64,000 nt of DNA, from contig JAADGH010000213.1 of the NCBI GenBank assembly GCA_013152475.1, positions 2,271 to 66,270 of the forward strand, given 5' to 3'. Within the stretch, counting starts at the first letter, position 1. Each line of letters begins with the position of its first letter. Of this stretch, positions 54,104 through 63,911 are shown piece by piece. Both the position numbers and the translations under genes were made by a program. The notes under the pieces were generated by a model. The model saw only the letters and a list, made by a program, of their open reading frames with translations, was not told the origin of the DNA and did not search any database. Source of the DNA: Planctomycetota bacterium. Lineage in GTDB: Bacteria > Planctomycetota > Brocadiia > JAADGH01.

Positions 54104-54963
54104 CTCACATGGCGCGATCGAGAAGCGAAGACAGGAAAGCGGGGGTCGATTGGTGGGAGACCAATCCACTGGTCTACGACCGCTGGGGTCGCGAACCCAT
54201 CGAGGCGAAGCCCGGGAGCCGGGAATACTTTTCGGAGATCGACGAGCGCCTCTTCCGTGCGGTTGAGCCGGCAACCGAGAACGGCGGCAGGCCCTTCGGC
54301 GCGTGGATTCCATATGACCGTCTGCGGGGCAAACGCGTCCTCGACCTGGGCTGTGGATCGGGTGTGCACGCGGGCCTCTTGGCGGCGAATGGTGCAAGGG
54401 TAGCCGCCTGCGATTTAACACAGAGCGCGACGCGCCTGACGAAAACGCGCATGGAGGTTGGCCGCACGGCTGCGGCCGTTGCACGCGCCGATGCTGCGGC
54501 CCTGCCGTTCAGCGACGGCGCCTTCGATCTCGTTTGGTCCTGGGGGGTGATCCATCATTCATCGCGGATGGATGGCTGCGTTGCGGAGATTGCTCGCGTC
54601 CTCCGCCCCGGCGGCGAGGCGCGGGTTATGGTCTACAACCGTGACTCCATCGGCTACTGGGTGAATATCGTTCTGCTGAAGGGGCTGCTCTTGGGCCGGC
54701 TGGCGTACCTGTCGCGAAGGGAACTGGCGGACGAACACAGCGACGGACACATCGCCGCCTTCTTAACAAGGCGGGGCGCGGCGGGATTGTTCCGGCGATG
54801 CTTTGATCGGGTTACGGTGCAGGTGTGGGGCCAGCGGAGCGAAGCCCTTCCACTGCCCCGGCGACTGCGGCGGGCGCTTCTTTCCGTGATCCCCGACGCA
54901 TTGATTCGTGCTGTGGTGCGAAGGCTCGGCGGGTTTCTGTTTGTCATTGCAAGGAAAGGTTGA
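54100..54963 (+). CDS. class I SAM-dependent methyltransferase
   Basis: ATGA overlap. Has motif I VLDLGCGSGVHAGLLA and motif post-I/II ...DLVWSWGVIHH. Confidence 0.85.
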   Translation: MTHMARSRSEDRKAGVDWWETNPLVYDRWGREPIEAKPGSREYFSEIDERLFRAVEPATENGGRPFGAWIPYDRLRGKRVLDLGCGSGVHAGLLAANGARVAACDLTQSATRLTKTRMEVGRTAAAVARADAAALPFSDGAFDLVWSWGVIHHSSRMDGCVAEIARVLRPGGEARVMVYNRDSIGYWVNIVLLKGLLLGRLAYLSRRELADEHSDGHIAAFLTRRGAAGLFRRCFDRVTVQVWGQRSEALPLPRRLRRALLSVIPDALIRAVVRRLGGFLFVIARKG

Positions 54964-54977
54964 CGGCATAAGCAGGC

Positions 54978-56876
54978 ATGTGCGGTATTTGCGGACGATA
55001 TAACTTCGACCCGGCTGACAAGGTGGCGGCGTCCACCATCCGCGAGATGCGCGATACGATGGCGCACCGCGGGCCCGACGACGCCGGGGAACGCCTGTCC
55101 GGCGCGTTCGGCATGGGCGCGCGGAGGTTGAGCATCATCGACCTGCAGGGCGGCGGCCAGCCGATCTCGAATGAGAGCGGTTTGGTGTGGGCCGTGCTGA
55201 ACGGGGAAATCTACAACTTCCGCGAGCTCCGTGACGACCTCATGAAGAAGGGGCATGTCTTCCGCACCGATGTGGATACGGAGGTCATCCCCCATGCCTA
55301 CGAGGAGTACGGAGACGACTGCGTCCGGCGCTTCAACGGCATGTTTGCCATCGCCATCTGGGATGAAGGGCGGCGCCGGCTGCTCGTCTTCCGCGATCGC
55401 TTTGGGATCAAACCGGTTTATTATTACACGAATACGAAATGCTTTCTTTTTGCCTCAGAAATCCGGGCCATACTGCACGACCCGCACGTCCCTCGGCGCT
55501 TGAACCGCCAAGCCGCCTGGGACTACATGCACATCGGCTGTGTGTGCGCCCCCGACACGATCCTGGAGGGCATCCGCAAGCTCCCGCCGGGGCAGTGCAT
55601 CGAGGTAAAAGACACATCGGTCCGGACGCGGCGGTGGTGGTCGCTGTCTGATGAGGTGAACCGCGTGAGCGATCCGCGTCCCCCGGAAGAAGCGGTGCGG
55701 GAACTGCTGGACGATGCGGTGCGCCTGCGCCTCGTCGCGGATGTTCCGCTGGGTATCTTCCTGAGCGGTGGCGTGGACTCCGCTGCGATCACGGCGGCGG
55801 CCGCGTCGGCGAAACGGCGTCCGATTCGCACGTTCACGATCGGGTTTCCCGTGAAGCCGTACGACGAGCGAAGGGCGGCCGCAGCCACCGCGCGATTCTG
55901 CGGAGCCGAACACGAGTTCCTGGTGGTCCAGCCCGACGCGATGCACATTCTGGGCGAGGTGGTCGAGCACCTTGAAGAGCCCATGGCCGATCCGGCGGCC
56001 ATCCCGCTCTATTACCTCTGCAAGATGGCCAAGGGGAAGGTCAAGAGTGTCCTCGTCGGCGACGGAGGCGATGAGCTGTTCGCCGGCTACGCAAGATATT
56101 ACTGGGACAAGTGGGCTCGCGCCTATCGGTATGTGCCGCGGCTCCTTCGCGAGTGTGTCATCGGCCCGCTGGCATCGTTTCTGCCCGAGACGATGCACTC
56201 GGACTGGCGGAACTTCTGCCGCAGGGCGCGGAAATTTGCCGTGACCTCCGGCCTGCCCCTTCCTGAGCGATGCTGTGCGTGGAGCCGGATTCTATCGCCG
56301 GATGCGCGTAACGAGTTGCTGACGCGGGCCTTCAGAGGCGATGGCCTGTCGGGTACGGAGCGGATCTATCTTCGCCTCGCCGGCGAATCGCGCACAAGCG
56401 ATCCCCTCCGGCAGATGCAATACATCGACGTCCACACGATGCTGGGCGAGAAACTGCTCCTGAAGGCGGACAAGATGAGCATGGCGCACTCGATCGAAGT
56501 ACGGGTGCCGTATCTTGATCACCGCCTGGTTGTCTACGCGCTAAGCCTCCCTGCAAAGCTGAAGGTGCGGGGCGCGCAGATGAAATGGATCCTGAAGCGG
56601 TCTCTGGCGAACAGGATCCCCGGCCGGGTGCTGGCCGAAGAGAAGCGCGGGTTCCGCGTTCCGATCTCGGTATGGTTTCAGGGAAAGCTGTCGGATTTCG
56701 CCAGCGAGATACTCGCCGAAGAAGAGATGAAGAAGATCGGCCTCTTTGATCCGAAAGCGGTCAGCCGTCTCCTTCGCCTCCACCGCGAGCAGGTGCGCGA
56801 CGCCGAGATGGCCATCTACGCGCTTATGGTCTTTCGGCTGTGGCACGCGACCTACCTGGAAGGAGCGCGGGTATGA
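54978..56876 (+). CDS. asnB: asparagine synthase (glutamine-hydrolysing) family amidotransferase
   Basis: N-terminal MCGI nucleophile, an Ntn amidotransferase domain and the PP-loop FLSGGVDSAAI. Confidence 0.92.
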   Translation: MCGICGRYNFDPADKVAASTIREMRDTMAHRGPDDAGERLSGAFGMGARRLSIIDLQGGGQPISNESGLVWAVLNGEIYNFRELRDDLMKKGHVFRTDVDTEVIPHAYEEYGDDCVRRFNGMFAIAIWDEGRRRLLVFRDRFGIKPVYYYTNTKCFLFASEIRAILHDPHVPRRLNRQAAWDYMHIGCVCAPDTILEGIRKLPPGQCIEVKDTSVRTRRWWSLSDEVNRVSDPRPPEEAVRELLDDAVRLRLVADVPLGIFLSGGVDSAAITAAAASAKRRPIRTFTIGFPVKPYDERRAAAATARFCGAEHEFLVVQPDAMHILGEVVEHLEEPMADPAAIPLYYLCKMAKGKVKSVLVGDGGDELFAGYARYYWDKWARAYRYVPRLLRECVIGPLASFLPETMHSDWRNFCRRARKFAVTSGLPLPERCCAWSRILSPDARNELLTRAFRGDGLSGTERIYLRLAGESRTSDPLRQMQYIDVHTMLGEKLLLKADKMSMAHSIEVRVPYLDHRLVVYALSLPAKLKVRGAQMKWILKRSLANRIPGRVLAEEKRGFRVPISVWFQGKLSDFASEILAEEEMKKIGLFDPKAVSRLLRLHREQVRDAEMAIYALMVFRLWHATYLEGARV

Positions 56877-58921
56877 GGATCGTCATCAATGCGGTCTCGG
56901 CCAAGATGGGTGGCGCGGCCACGTATCTCCGACACCTCGCCCGTGCGCTCAAGAATTTGCCGGGGGACGACGAATACATCCTGATCGTGCCCGGAGAGGC
57001 CCGGACAGAGTGCGCGCAGCTTGTGGGAGGGAGGGCCCTTGTCCTTGGTTCGTGCCGGGCGAACCGAAGCGCGCTCCATCACTTCGTGTGGGAGCAAGTC
57101 TATCTGCGCCTGCTCCTCGTGATCCATCGTGTTGACCTGCTTATCAATACGTCGGCCTTCGGCCTGATCTGGCCGCCATGTCCGCAGACCATCATCCTGC
57201 GGAATCCCATCGCCTTCTCCCGGCGATATCCCATTCACTTGAAGCGGACGGGGGACGGCCGCCGCGTGCTCGATGTCTTTCTCCGCCGCGAGATGATGCG
57301 CATCTCCGGCCACTGTTCCGCGAAGGTCTTCGTGCCGACGGACAGCATGGGTGAACGGGTCCTTCGATGGCTGCCCCAGTTGCGCTCGAAGATCGTGACG
57401 AATCATTACGGCGTCGAGGCGCCGCCGGCGAAAAAGGCCCCGCCGTTCCGGGTCAAAGACTTTGACGCCTGCGTGCCGTCGGATGCCGTGGTTCTGCTCT
57501 ACGTCAGCCACTACGCGCGCCACAAGAACTTCGATACGCTGGTCTCGGCCATCCCACTGATTCAGCATCGACTGAACCGCCCGGTGCGTGTTGTCGTAAC
57601 GGCCCGAATCGGTGAGGGGGTCCGGTGGTGCGGATGGGACACATCCGTCACGGCGCAGAAGATGCGCGTGCTCGGCGTCGAGGATGCAGTGATACAGCTC
57701 GGCACGATACCGCATCCAGACCTGCCGGCGCTTTACCGGTGGTGCGATCTGTTCGTGTTCCCTTCCTACCTGGAATCGTTCGGCCAACCCCTGGCGGAGG
57801 CCATGGCCTCCGGTCTGCCCGTTGTGGCCTCGGACGAGCCGGTCTGCCGCGAACTGTGCGGCGACGCCGCGCGGTACTTCGATACCTTTGATCCCCAATC
57901 CCTGGCGAGTGCGGTGGCGGATGCCCTGGGAAACTCTGCGCTTGCTAAGTCCATGTGCCGCAAAGGGATGGAACGCGCGGCGCAGTTCTCGTGGGGGCGG
58001 CATTTCCAGGAGTTGCTCCGCGAAGCAAAAGCGGTTTCCGGCAGAAAAGTGCGCCGACCCATCGTGGTAGGGAGCGGCGTTTCGGTTCTTCTGATCACAT
58101 TCAATGAGGACCCGAACATCCGGAAGTGTCTGGAGAGCCTGCGCTGGGCGGATGGAGTGTTCGTGGTGGATTCGTTCAGCACGGATCGCACCGTCGAGAT
58201 CTGCAGAGAATTCGCGGATGCGAATGTGGTGGTCGCGCAGCACCCGTTCGAAGACTATGCCTCGCAACGGAACTGGGGCCTGAAGAACCTTCCCTTTGAC
58301 ACGGATTGGGTCTTCGCCCTGGACGCCGACGAGGTGGTCCCGCGTGCGCTGGCCGACGAGGTCGTTGAAAAAGTGAAACGCGATGACGGTCGGTGCGCGG
58401 GATACCTCGGCCGGGACCGACACATCTTTCTCGGCCGCCCGATCCGCCAGGCCACGCGAAACATTGTGCGGCTGTTCCGTCGCGGGCAGGGCCGGTATGT
58501 GCGATCGGTGAATGAGAAGCTGGCCATCGAGGGAAACCTTGGCCAGTTGTCCAACCGTGTGCTTCACGATACGCGCAAGGGGCTTGCCGATTGGGTGGCG
58601 AAGAACAACCGCTATACGACGATGGAAGCTGCGGAATACCTTCGCACAAAGCGAGGGGGAGGGGGGAGGGTTTCTGTCAGGGAGGTGCTGACGCGCGCCG
58701 ATCGCCGCCGCATCGCCCTGAAAAACCTGTTTGTGCGGATGCCCTGTCGTGCGATTCTGAAGTTCTTGTATGTGTTCCTGTGGCGGCGGGGGATTTTCGA
58801 CGGCGTCCCCGGCCTGATTTACAGCGGCCTTACGGCATGGGTTGAATTTCAAATCGGCATCAAGGTCTTCGAAATGGAACTTCGCGAACGCGAAATCAAG
58901 AAGGTGGCGGCGAACAGATGA
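56873..58921 (+). CDS. bifunctional glycosyltransferase: N-terminal GT4 (GT-B) fused to C-terminal GT2 (GT-A)
   Basis: ATGA overlap with asnB. GT4 block FPSYLESFGQPLAEAMASGLPVVASD. GT2 block VSVLLITFNEDPNIRKCLESLRWADGVFVVDSFSTDRT ... ALDADE. Confidence 0.85.
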   Translation: MRIVINAVSAKMGGAATYLRHLARALKNLPGDDEYILIVPGEARTECAQLVGGRALVLGSCRANRSALHHFVWEQVYLRLLLVIHRVDLLINTSAFGLIWPPCPQTIILRNPIAFSRRYPIHLKRTGDGRRVLDVFLRREMMRISGHCSAKVFVPTDSMGERVLRWLPQLRSKIVTNHYGVEAPPAKKAPPFRVKDFDACVPSDAVVLLYVSHYARHKNFDTLVSAIPLIQHRLNRPVRVVVTARIGEGVRWCGWDTSVTAQKMRVLGVEDAVIQLGTIPHPDLPALYRWCDLFVFPSYLESFGQPLAEAMASGLPVVASDEPVCRELCGDAARYFDTFDPQSLASAVADALGNSALAKSMCRKGMERAAQFSWGRHFQELLREAKAVSGRKVRRPIVVGSGVSVLLITFNEDPNIRKCLESLRWADGVFVVDSFSTDRTVEICREFADANVVVAQHPFEDYASQRNWGLKNLPFDTDWVFALDADEVVPRALADEVVEKVKRDDGRCAGYLGRDRHIFLGRPIRQATRNIVRLFRRGQGRYVRSVNEKLAIEGNLGQLSNRVLHDTRKGLADWVAKNNRYTTMEAAEYLRTKRGGGGRVSVREVLTRADRRRIALKNLFVRMPCRAILKFLYVFLWRRGIFDGVPGLIYSGLTAWVEFQIGIKVFEMELREREIKKVAANR

Positions 58922-60366
58922 AGGTCACGTTCCTCGAACCGTCGGCGTTGAAGGGTCGCAAGAATGTGGAGCGGGTGTTCGGCTGTACCTACAGTCACTA
59001 TCCTTTTCCCAACATCTTCGCGCTGACGTGCGCCGCGGTCGTGAGGGAGAAGGGCCATGATGTGGCCTACCTGGATGCTGCCACAGCCGGCTGGGCGTGC
59101 GATCGGTTCGCGGAGTACGTGCGAGGTGATGACAGCTCGGCGTATTGCATCTACGGCGTCAACCTGTCGAAGCGGGATGATCTGGCCGCCTTGCGTTTGA
59201 TCCGGTCGCGGCGGGGCCCGCGCCCGGCGGTGATCTTTTTCGGCCCCGGGCCGACGTGGGCGGTGGGGGACTACCTTGCGGATGCCCGGTGCTTTGTCGT
59301 TCGAGGGGAGCCGGACTATGCGCTGGGCGAGTTGGTCGATGCCATTGCGGACAAAGGGATGTCGCTTGGATCGGTGAAGGGAATTGCCTACACATCGCAG
59401 GGAAAGGTTTCCGAAACGGGAGAGCGCCCGCCGATCGAGGACCTCGATGCGCTCCCGCTCCCGGCCCGCGACCTGCTGGATTGTGATCTCTATTTCAACC
59501 CGAAACTCGGGACGACGCCGTTCACCGCCATGCTGACCTCGCGGAGCTGCCCGTATCGGTGCATCTACTGCGTGCCGAATTCCTTGAGTTTTGCGCGGGA
59601 GCTCGAATACCGCCGGTTTCATCAAAACGAAAAACCACCCGTTCGACTGCGGAGCGCGGCAAGCGTGATCGAAGAGTTCCGGACCCTACATGGTGACGGC
59701 TATCGCGCCGTGAGCATCATCGACGACCAGTTCCTTTGGAACCGGGAGCGGACGAAGGCGATCTGCGAAGGCATCCGAGGGCTTCGGATGGACTGGGGCT
59801 GCCTTGCGCGGGTGGATCACATTGACGAGGACGTCGTCAGCGCGATGGCCGCCGCCGGGTGCCGGTATGTGGATATCGGGATCGAGTCCTTCGATCAGCG
59901 GACGCTCGATTTCGTGAAAAAGGGAACGACAGTCGAGCGGGCTTACCGGGCCGTTGACATTATCAAACGCGCCGGGATTTCCGTGAAAGTGAATATGCTC
60001 CTTGGCGCGAGTCCGTTCGAGACGCGGGCGAGCATCCTGCGGAACATGCGGATCGTGCGGGAACTCGCCCCCAGCGCCGTGATGTTCAGTATCGTCAGTC
60101 CCTTTCCGGGGACCGACTTCCACCGGATGGCGGTGCGGGAAGGGTGGCTCACCGGCGAGCAATATCGGGCGGTTGACGTGCAGAAGCGTTCGATAGTATC
60201 CTATCCAAACATAAAAGCGACGGAACTGGAGGCCCTGGTGCGGCGGGGCAACTGGATGTTCTATCTGATGCCCGGGTTCCTGTTGCGGAACCTGACGCGG
60301 GTGAGGTCCCTGCGGGGGTTGCTGCGAGGGGCGAGGAGTCTGGCACGGAAGTTGAGCGGAGCCTGA
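58918..60366 (+). CDS. B12-binding-domain radical SAM protein
   Basis: ATGA overlap. N-terminal Rossmann-like B12-binding region. Has the CxxxCxxC motif SRSCPYRCIYCV. Confidence 0.88.
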   Translation: MKVTFLEPSALKGRKNVERVFGCTYSHYPFPNIFALTCAAVVREKGHDVAYLDAATAGWACDRFAEYVRGDDSSAYCIYGVNLSKRDDLAALRLIRSRRGPRPAVIFFGPGPTWAVGDYLADARCFVVRGEPDYALGELVDAIADKGMSLGSVKGIAYTSQGKVSETGERPPIEDLDALPLPARDLLDCDLYFNPKLGTTPFTAMLTSRSCPYRCIYCVPNSLSFARELEYRRFHQNEKPPVRLRSAASVIEEFRTLHGDGYRAVSIIDDQFLWNRERTKAICEGIRGLRMDWGCLARVDHIDEDVVSAMAAAGCRYVDIGIESFDQRTLDFVKKGTTVERAYRAVDIIKRAGISVKVNMLLGASPFETRASILRNMRIVRELAPSAVMFSIVSPFPGTDFHRMAVREGWLTGEQYRAVDVQKRSIVSYPNIKATELEALVRRGNWMFYLMPGFLLRNLTRVRSLRGLLRGARSLARKLSGA

Positions 60367-61850
60367 TGTTGCATCTCCTGATCACATGCGTGGGCGCGTT
60401 TGCCGCGTCCTTTGCCACGGCCCTACTGATCACGCCGTGGGTGGGCCGAGTGGCCGCGCGCATCGGCGCGGTGGACGAGCCGGGCCCGCGAAAGATCCAT
60501 ACGACGCCCAAGCCGTGCCTCGGGGGCGTCGGGCTCTATCTGGCTTGCCTTGTCCCGGTCGTGGCGTCCTACCTCCTGTATGCATGTGGGAATGGGTTCA
60601 TGGCGGACGCCATCGGCGAGGATGTGGCACAGCTCTGGGTTATCACGGTCCTGAGCGGGGGCATCCTCCTTCTCGGGGTGTGCGACGACATCAAGGGGCT
60701 GGGGGTTGGGCCGAAGCTGATCGTCGAGATCGGCGCAGCGTTGCTGCTGTATTCTGTGCATATTCGATTCAGCTATATTACGAATCCATTCGGGGGGGCG
60801 TCCATCGCACTGGGATGGTTTTCGCCGATTGCGACGGTGCTCTGGGTCGTTGGCGTCACAAACGCGATCAACTTTCTTGATGGAGTGGACGGCTTGGCCG
60901 CCGGCGTGGCGGCCTTTGTGGGCTTGACGCTCTGTGTGGGTGCGTTGCAGGCAGGGGATGTGTTGTGTGCGATCCTCGCCCTGAGTGCGGCCGGTGCGGC
61001 GATTGGATTTCTGCGGTACAACTTCCCGCCCGCCCGGATTTTCATGGGCGATTCCGGCGCGCTGTTCCTCGGGTTCTTCCTCGCAACGATCTCACTCAAG
61101 GCATTGCTCAAGGGCACGGCCGCCGTGTCGATTCTCCTCCCCATGGTTGCGCTTGGCGTTCCCATCTGGGACAGTCTGCTTGCCGTCACCCGCCGCGCGA
61201 TGGACGGTCGATCGATCTTTTCGGCGGACGACGGTCATGTTCACCACCGCCTCCTCAAGCGGGGCCTGAGCCAGCGACAGGTGGCGCTGACGCTTTACGG
61301 CGTGACGGTGCTTCTGTGCACCGCCGCCATCGCACTCATGTTTCTGCGGCGTGCGGAGGCGGTTCTCATCCTCGCAATTCTCGGGGCCTTTGGATATGTC
61401 ACATCGCGATGGCTCGGTACGCAACTGCCCCGATTGCGCATGACGGGCACGTTCGAGGGCAACGTAGTGGATCGGCTCGCCGCCCGGCTTGCCAATACGA
61501 AAGACGCCGCCCGGCGGTGGCAGGTTTTCTGTTCGGCGCTCGATGTGATTACTGTTGTGTCGGCCGAGTTCATCCCGTCGGAGCGCGACTTGGATCTGGG
61601 GGAGATGAGGGGCAAGGCATGGCGGGTTGAAGGCGCGAAGGCGGCGCCTTTGACCGTCCCTATCCTGGTGGATGGGCGGCGCGTGGGCCGCTTTATGTTG
61701 TGTTGGACCGACGAACGGGAGGCGCCGCGAGGGCTCAGAGGCGACATGGCCAAACAGCTTGGCGAGTTGTTTGTGGAGCATTTCGGGTGCGCGGGTGCGG
61801 AGGCGGGTCCCATTGAGGACAGCGAGGAGCATGGCGAAGAGCCGGCCTGA
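60366..61850 (+). CDS. polyprenyl-phosphate HexNAc-1-phosphate transferase (WecA/MraY family) with a ~130-aa C-terminal extension
   Basis: TGATG overlap. Has the DD.KGL, NAINFLDGVDGLAAG, MGDSGALFLGF and VHHR motifs. Confidence 0.88.
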   Translation: MLHLLITCVGAFAASFATALLITPWVGRVAARIGAVDEPGPRKIHTTPKPCLGGVGLYLACLVPVVASYLLYACGNGFMADAIGEDVAQLWVITVLSGGILLLGVCDDIKGLGVGPKLIVEIGAALLLYSVHIRFSYITNPFGGASIALGWFSPIATVLWVVGVTNAINFLDGVDGLAAGVAAFVGLTLCVGALQAGDVLCAILALSAAGAAIGFLRYNFPPARIFMGDSGALFLGFFLATISLKALLKGTAAVSILLPMVALGVPIWDSLLAVTRRAMDGRSIFSADDGHVHHRLLKRGLSQRQVALTLYGVTVLLCTAAIALMFLRRAEAVLILAILGAFGYVTSRWLGTQLPRLRMTGTFEGNVVDRLAARLANTKDAARRWQVFCSALDVITVVSAEFIPSERDLDLGEMRGKAWRVEGAKAAPLTVPILVDGRRVGRFMLCWTDEREAPRGLRGDMAKQLGELFVEHFGCAGAEAGPIEDSEEHGEEPA

Positions 61851-62730
61851 GTTTATACCCATCAAGGCGTTGCCGGAACTGGCGGGGGTCCATGTCCTCA
61901 CGTTCGACATCGAGGACTGGTTTCACTTATGCGAAATCAAGTCTGTCCGGAACAAGACGGACTGGCCCGGGCTGACCTCGCTTGTCGTGCGGGAGACGCT
62001 CTCGATCCTTGAACTTCTCGACCGGCATGGCGTGCGCGCCACGTTTTTCATTCTGGGATGGGTTGCAGAACGGCATGCGGAGCTTGTGAGGGAGATTGCC
62101 ATGCGCGGGCATGAGATCGCAAGCCACGGATATGCCCATGAGCTCGTCTACCGGATGTCACGGGCGGACTTCCGAGATGACCTGCAACGCAGTCTCGATA
62201 TCTTGTGCGATGTTGCGGGAAACGGGATCAAGGGATATCGCGCGCCGAGTTTCTCAATCACCAACGGCTGTGAATGGGCCTTTGAGGTCATGGCTGAGAT
62301 GGGGTTGGAGTACGACGCGTCGTTGTTTCCCGCCGCGCGGGGCGAAGGAGGGTATCGGGGATTGGAGAATGCGGGGGCGCACGCTATCCAGATGAGCGGC
62401 GGGGAGAGGCTGTTCGAGATTCCCATGTCCGTTGTGCGGGTTGCGGGACTCTCGATTCCGTTTAGCGGCGGGGGATACCTTCGGCTGCTGCCGGGAAACC
62501 TGTTGGTCTATCTGTCCCGCCGGCTCGGCCGGCAGGGGATCCCGGCGGTGGTTTATCTCCACCCCCGCGACATGACGCCGCATCAGCCGCGGGTGTCGAT
62601 GCCCTGGCATCGCCGGTTCAGATCGTACGTTGGATTGGGGAGCGCAAGGGCGAAGCTTGAGCTTCTGCTTCGGGAGCTGCGATTTATTGCCTGTGAGGAC
62701 TACCTGTGGGGATGTCGCGGGGCGCTATGA
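61831..62730 (+). CDS. polysaccharide deacetylase (NodB fold, DUF3473/PEP-CTERM-locus type)
   Basis: Trimmed to MAKSRPEF. Has the LTFDIEDWFH, TFFILGWVAERH, HEIASHGYAHE and YRAPSFSI motifs. Confidence 0.85.
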   Translation: MAKSRPEFIPIKALPELAGVHVLTFDIEDWFHLCEIKSVRNKTDWPGLTSLVVRETLSILELLDRHGVRATFFILGWVAERHAELVREIAMRGHEIASHGYAHELVYRMSRADFRDDLQRSLDILCDVAGNGIKGYRAPSFSITNGCEWAFEVMAEMGLEYDASLFPAARGEGGYRGLENAGAHAIQMSGGERLFEIPMSVVRVAGLSIPFSGGGYLRLLPGNLLVYLSRRLGRQGIPAVVYLHPRDMTPHQPRVSMPWHRRFRSYVGLGSARAKLELLLRELRFIACEDYLWGCRGAL

Positions 62731-63911
62731 AGATTCTCATTCTCACACCGCGATACCCGTTTCCGCCGATTGGCGGCGACAAGCTCCGCATCTGCCATAT
62801 CTCTCGCTTTCTGGCGAAGCGTGATCACGACCTGACGCTCCTATCGCTGGTGGGAGGGGAGGATGTTGAGGGACGAGGTGAAGAGGTCTTCTCTCGGATC
62901 GTAACCTGTGTCCAGACAGAGAGTATGAGCTACGCCAGTAGCCTTGTGGGGTTGTTTTCCCGCGAACCGCTGCAAGTCGCATATTTCTATTCGCGAAAAT
63001 TTCAGAAGCTCGTCGATGCCGAGCTACGGGGCGGCGCGTACGATGCCGTTCTTTGCCATTTCGTTCGCACCGCTCAGTTTGTCCGGAGGCGAACGGCCAT
63101 TCCCCGCGTTTGCGAAATGACGGATGCCTTCTCCAAGTACTACGAAGAGGTCATCCGTCGGCGAAGGCGTGGCGTCCGAAATCTCCTCTACCGCGCCATC
63201 GAGTTCCGGCGCATGCGACGGTACGAACGGGAGGTGGGTCGAGAGTTTGATCGATGCGTTGTTGTGTCGCATACGGATATGGAGTATATTGCGGCTGGCG
63301 ATGCTGGGTTGCGTGCGAAACTGGCCGTCATCCCAAATGGTGTGGATTGCGATCGGCTTAGGTTCTATGGTGGGTCGTATGATGACCGCCTGATCGTGTT
63401 CATGGGCAACATGCGAACGCTGCGAAACGCCGATGCGTGCATCCACTTCGTAGAGGATATCCTGCCCCGTGTGCGGCGAAAGATGCACGGCGTGCGGTTC
63501 AAGATTATCGGGGCCGAGCCGCGTCGCGAGGTGCGACGGCTTGGCGAACGAAATGGCGTTACGGTTACAGGTCGCGTGAACGACATCCAGTCCGAGGCAT
63601 GCCGGGCCGCAGTGAGTGTCTGTCCCCTTCGATTGGGTGTGGGGGTTCAGAACAAGGTTCTGGAGTCCATGGCGATGGGGGTCCCGGTGGTCAGCTCGCA
63701 GGTTGGAGTTGAGGGGTTGGATGTCAGACCGGGACGGGACCTTCTGGTGGGTCGGTCGCCAGATGAATTTGCCGGGCATGTGCTCACCTTGCTGCGTTCG
63801 CCAGAGCGGCGGCGGCGCGTGGCAACGGCGGCGCGCAGGCGGGTGGAGGAGGATTATTCCTGGGAGGGGCGACTTGCGGCGTATGAACAGATATTCCAAG
63901 ACTTGCAATGA
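62727..63911 (+). CDS. glycosyltransferase family 4 (GT-B)
   Basis: ATGA overlap. N-terminus MKILILTPRYPFPPIGGDKLR. C-terminal GVQNKVLESMAMGVPVVSS. Confidence 0.85.
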   Translation: MKILILTPRYPFPPIGGDKLRICHISRFLAKRDHDLTLLSLVGGEDVEGRGEEVFSRIVTCVQTESMSYASSLVGLFSREPLQVAYFYSRKFQKLVDAELRGGAYDAVLCHFVRTAQFVRRRTAIPRVCEMTDAFSKYYEEVIRRRRRGVRNLLYRAIEFRRMRRYEREVGREFDRCVVVSHTDMEYIAAGDAGLRAKLAVIPNGVDCDRLRFYGGSYDDRLIVFMGNMRTLRNADACIHFVEDILPRVRRKMHGVRFKIIGAEPRREVRRLGERNGVTVTGRVNDIQSEACRAAVSVCPLRLGVGVQNKVLESMAMGVPVVSSQVGVEGLDVRPGRDLLVGRSPDEFAGHVLTLLRSPERRRRVATAARRRVEEDYSWEGRLAAYEQIFQDLQ

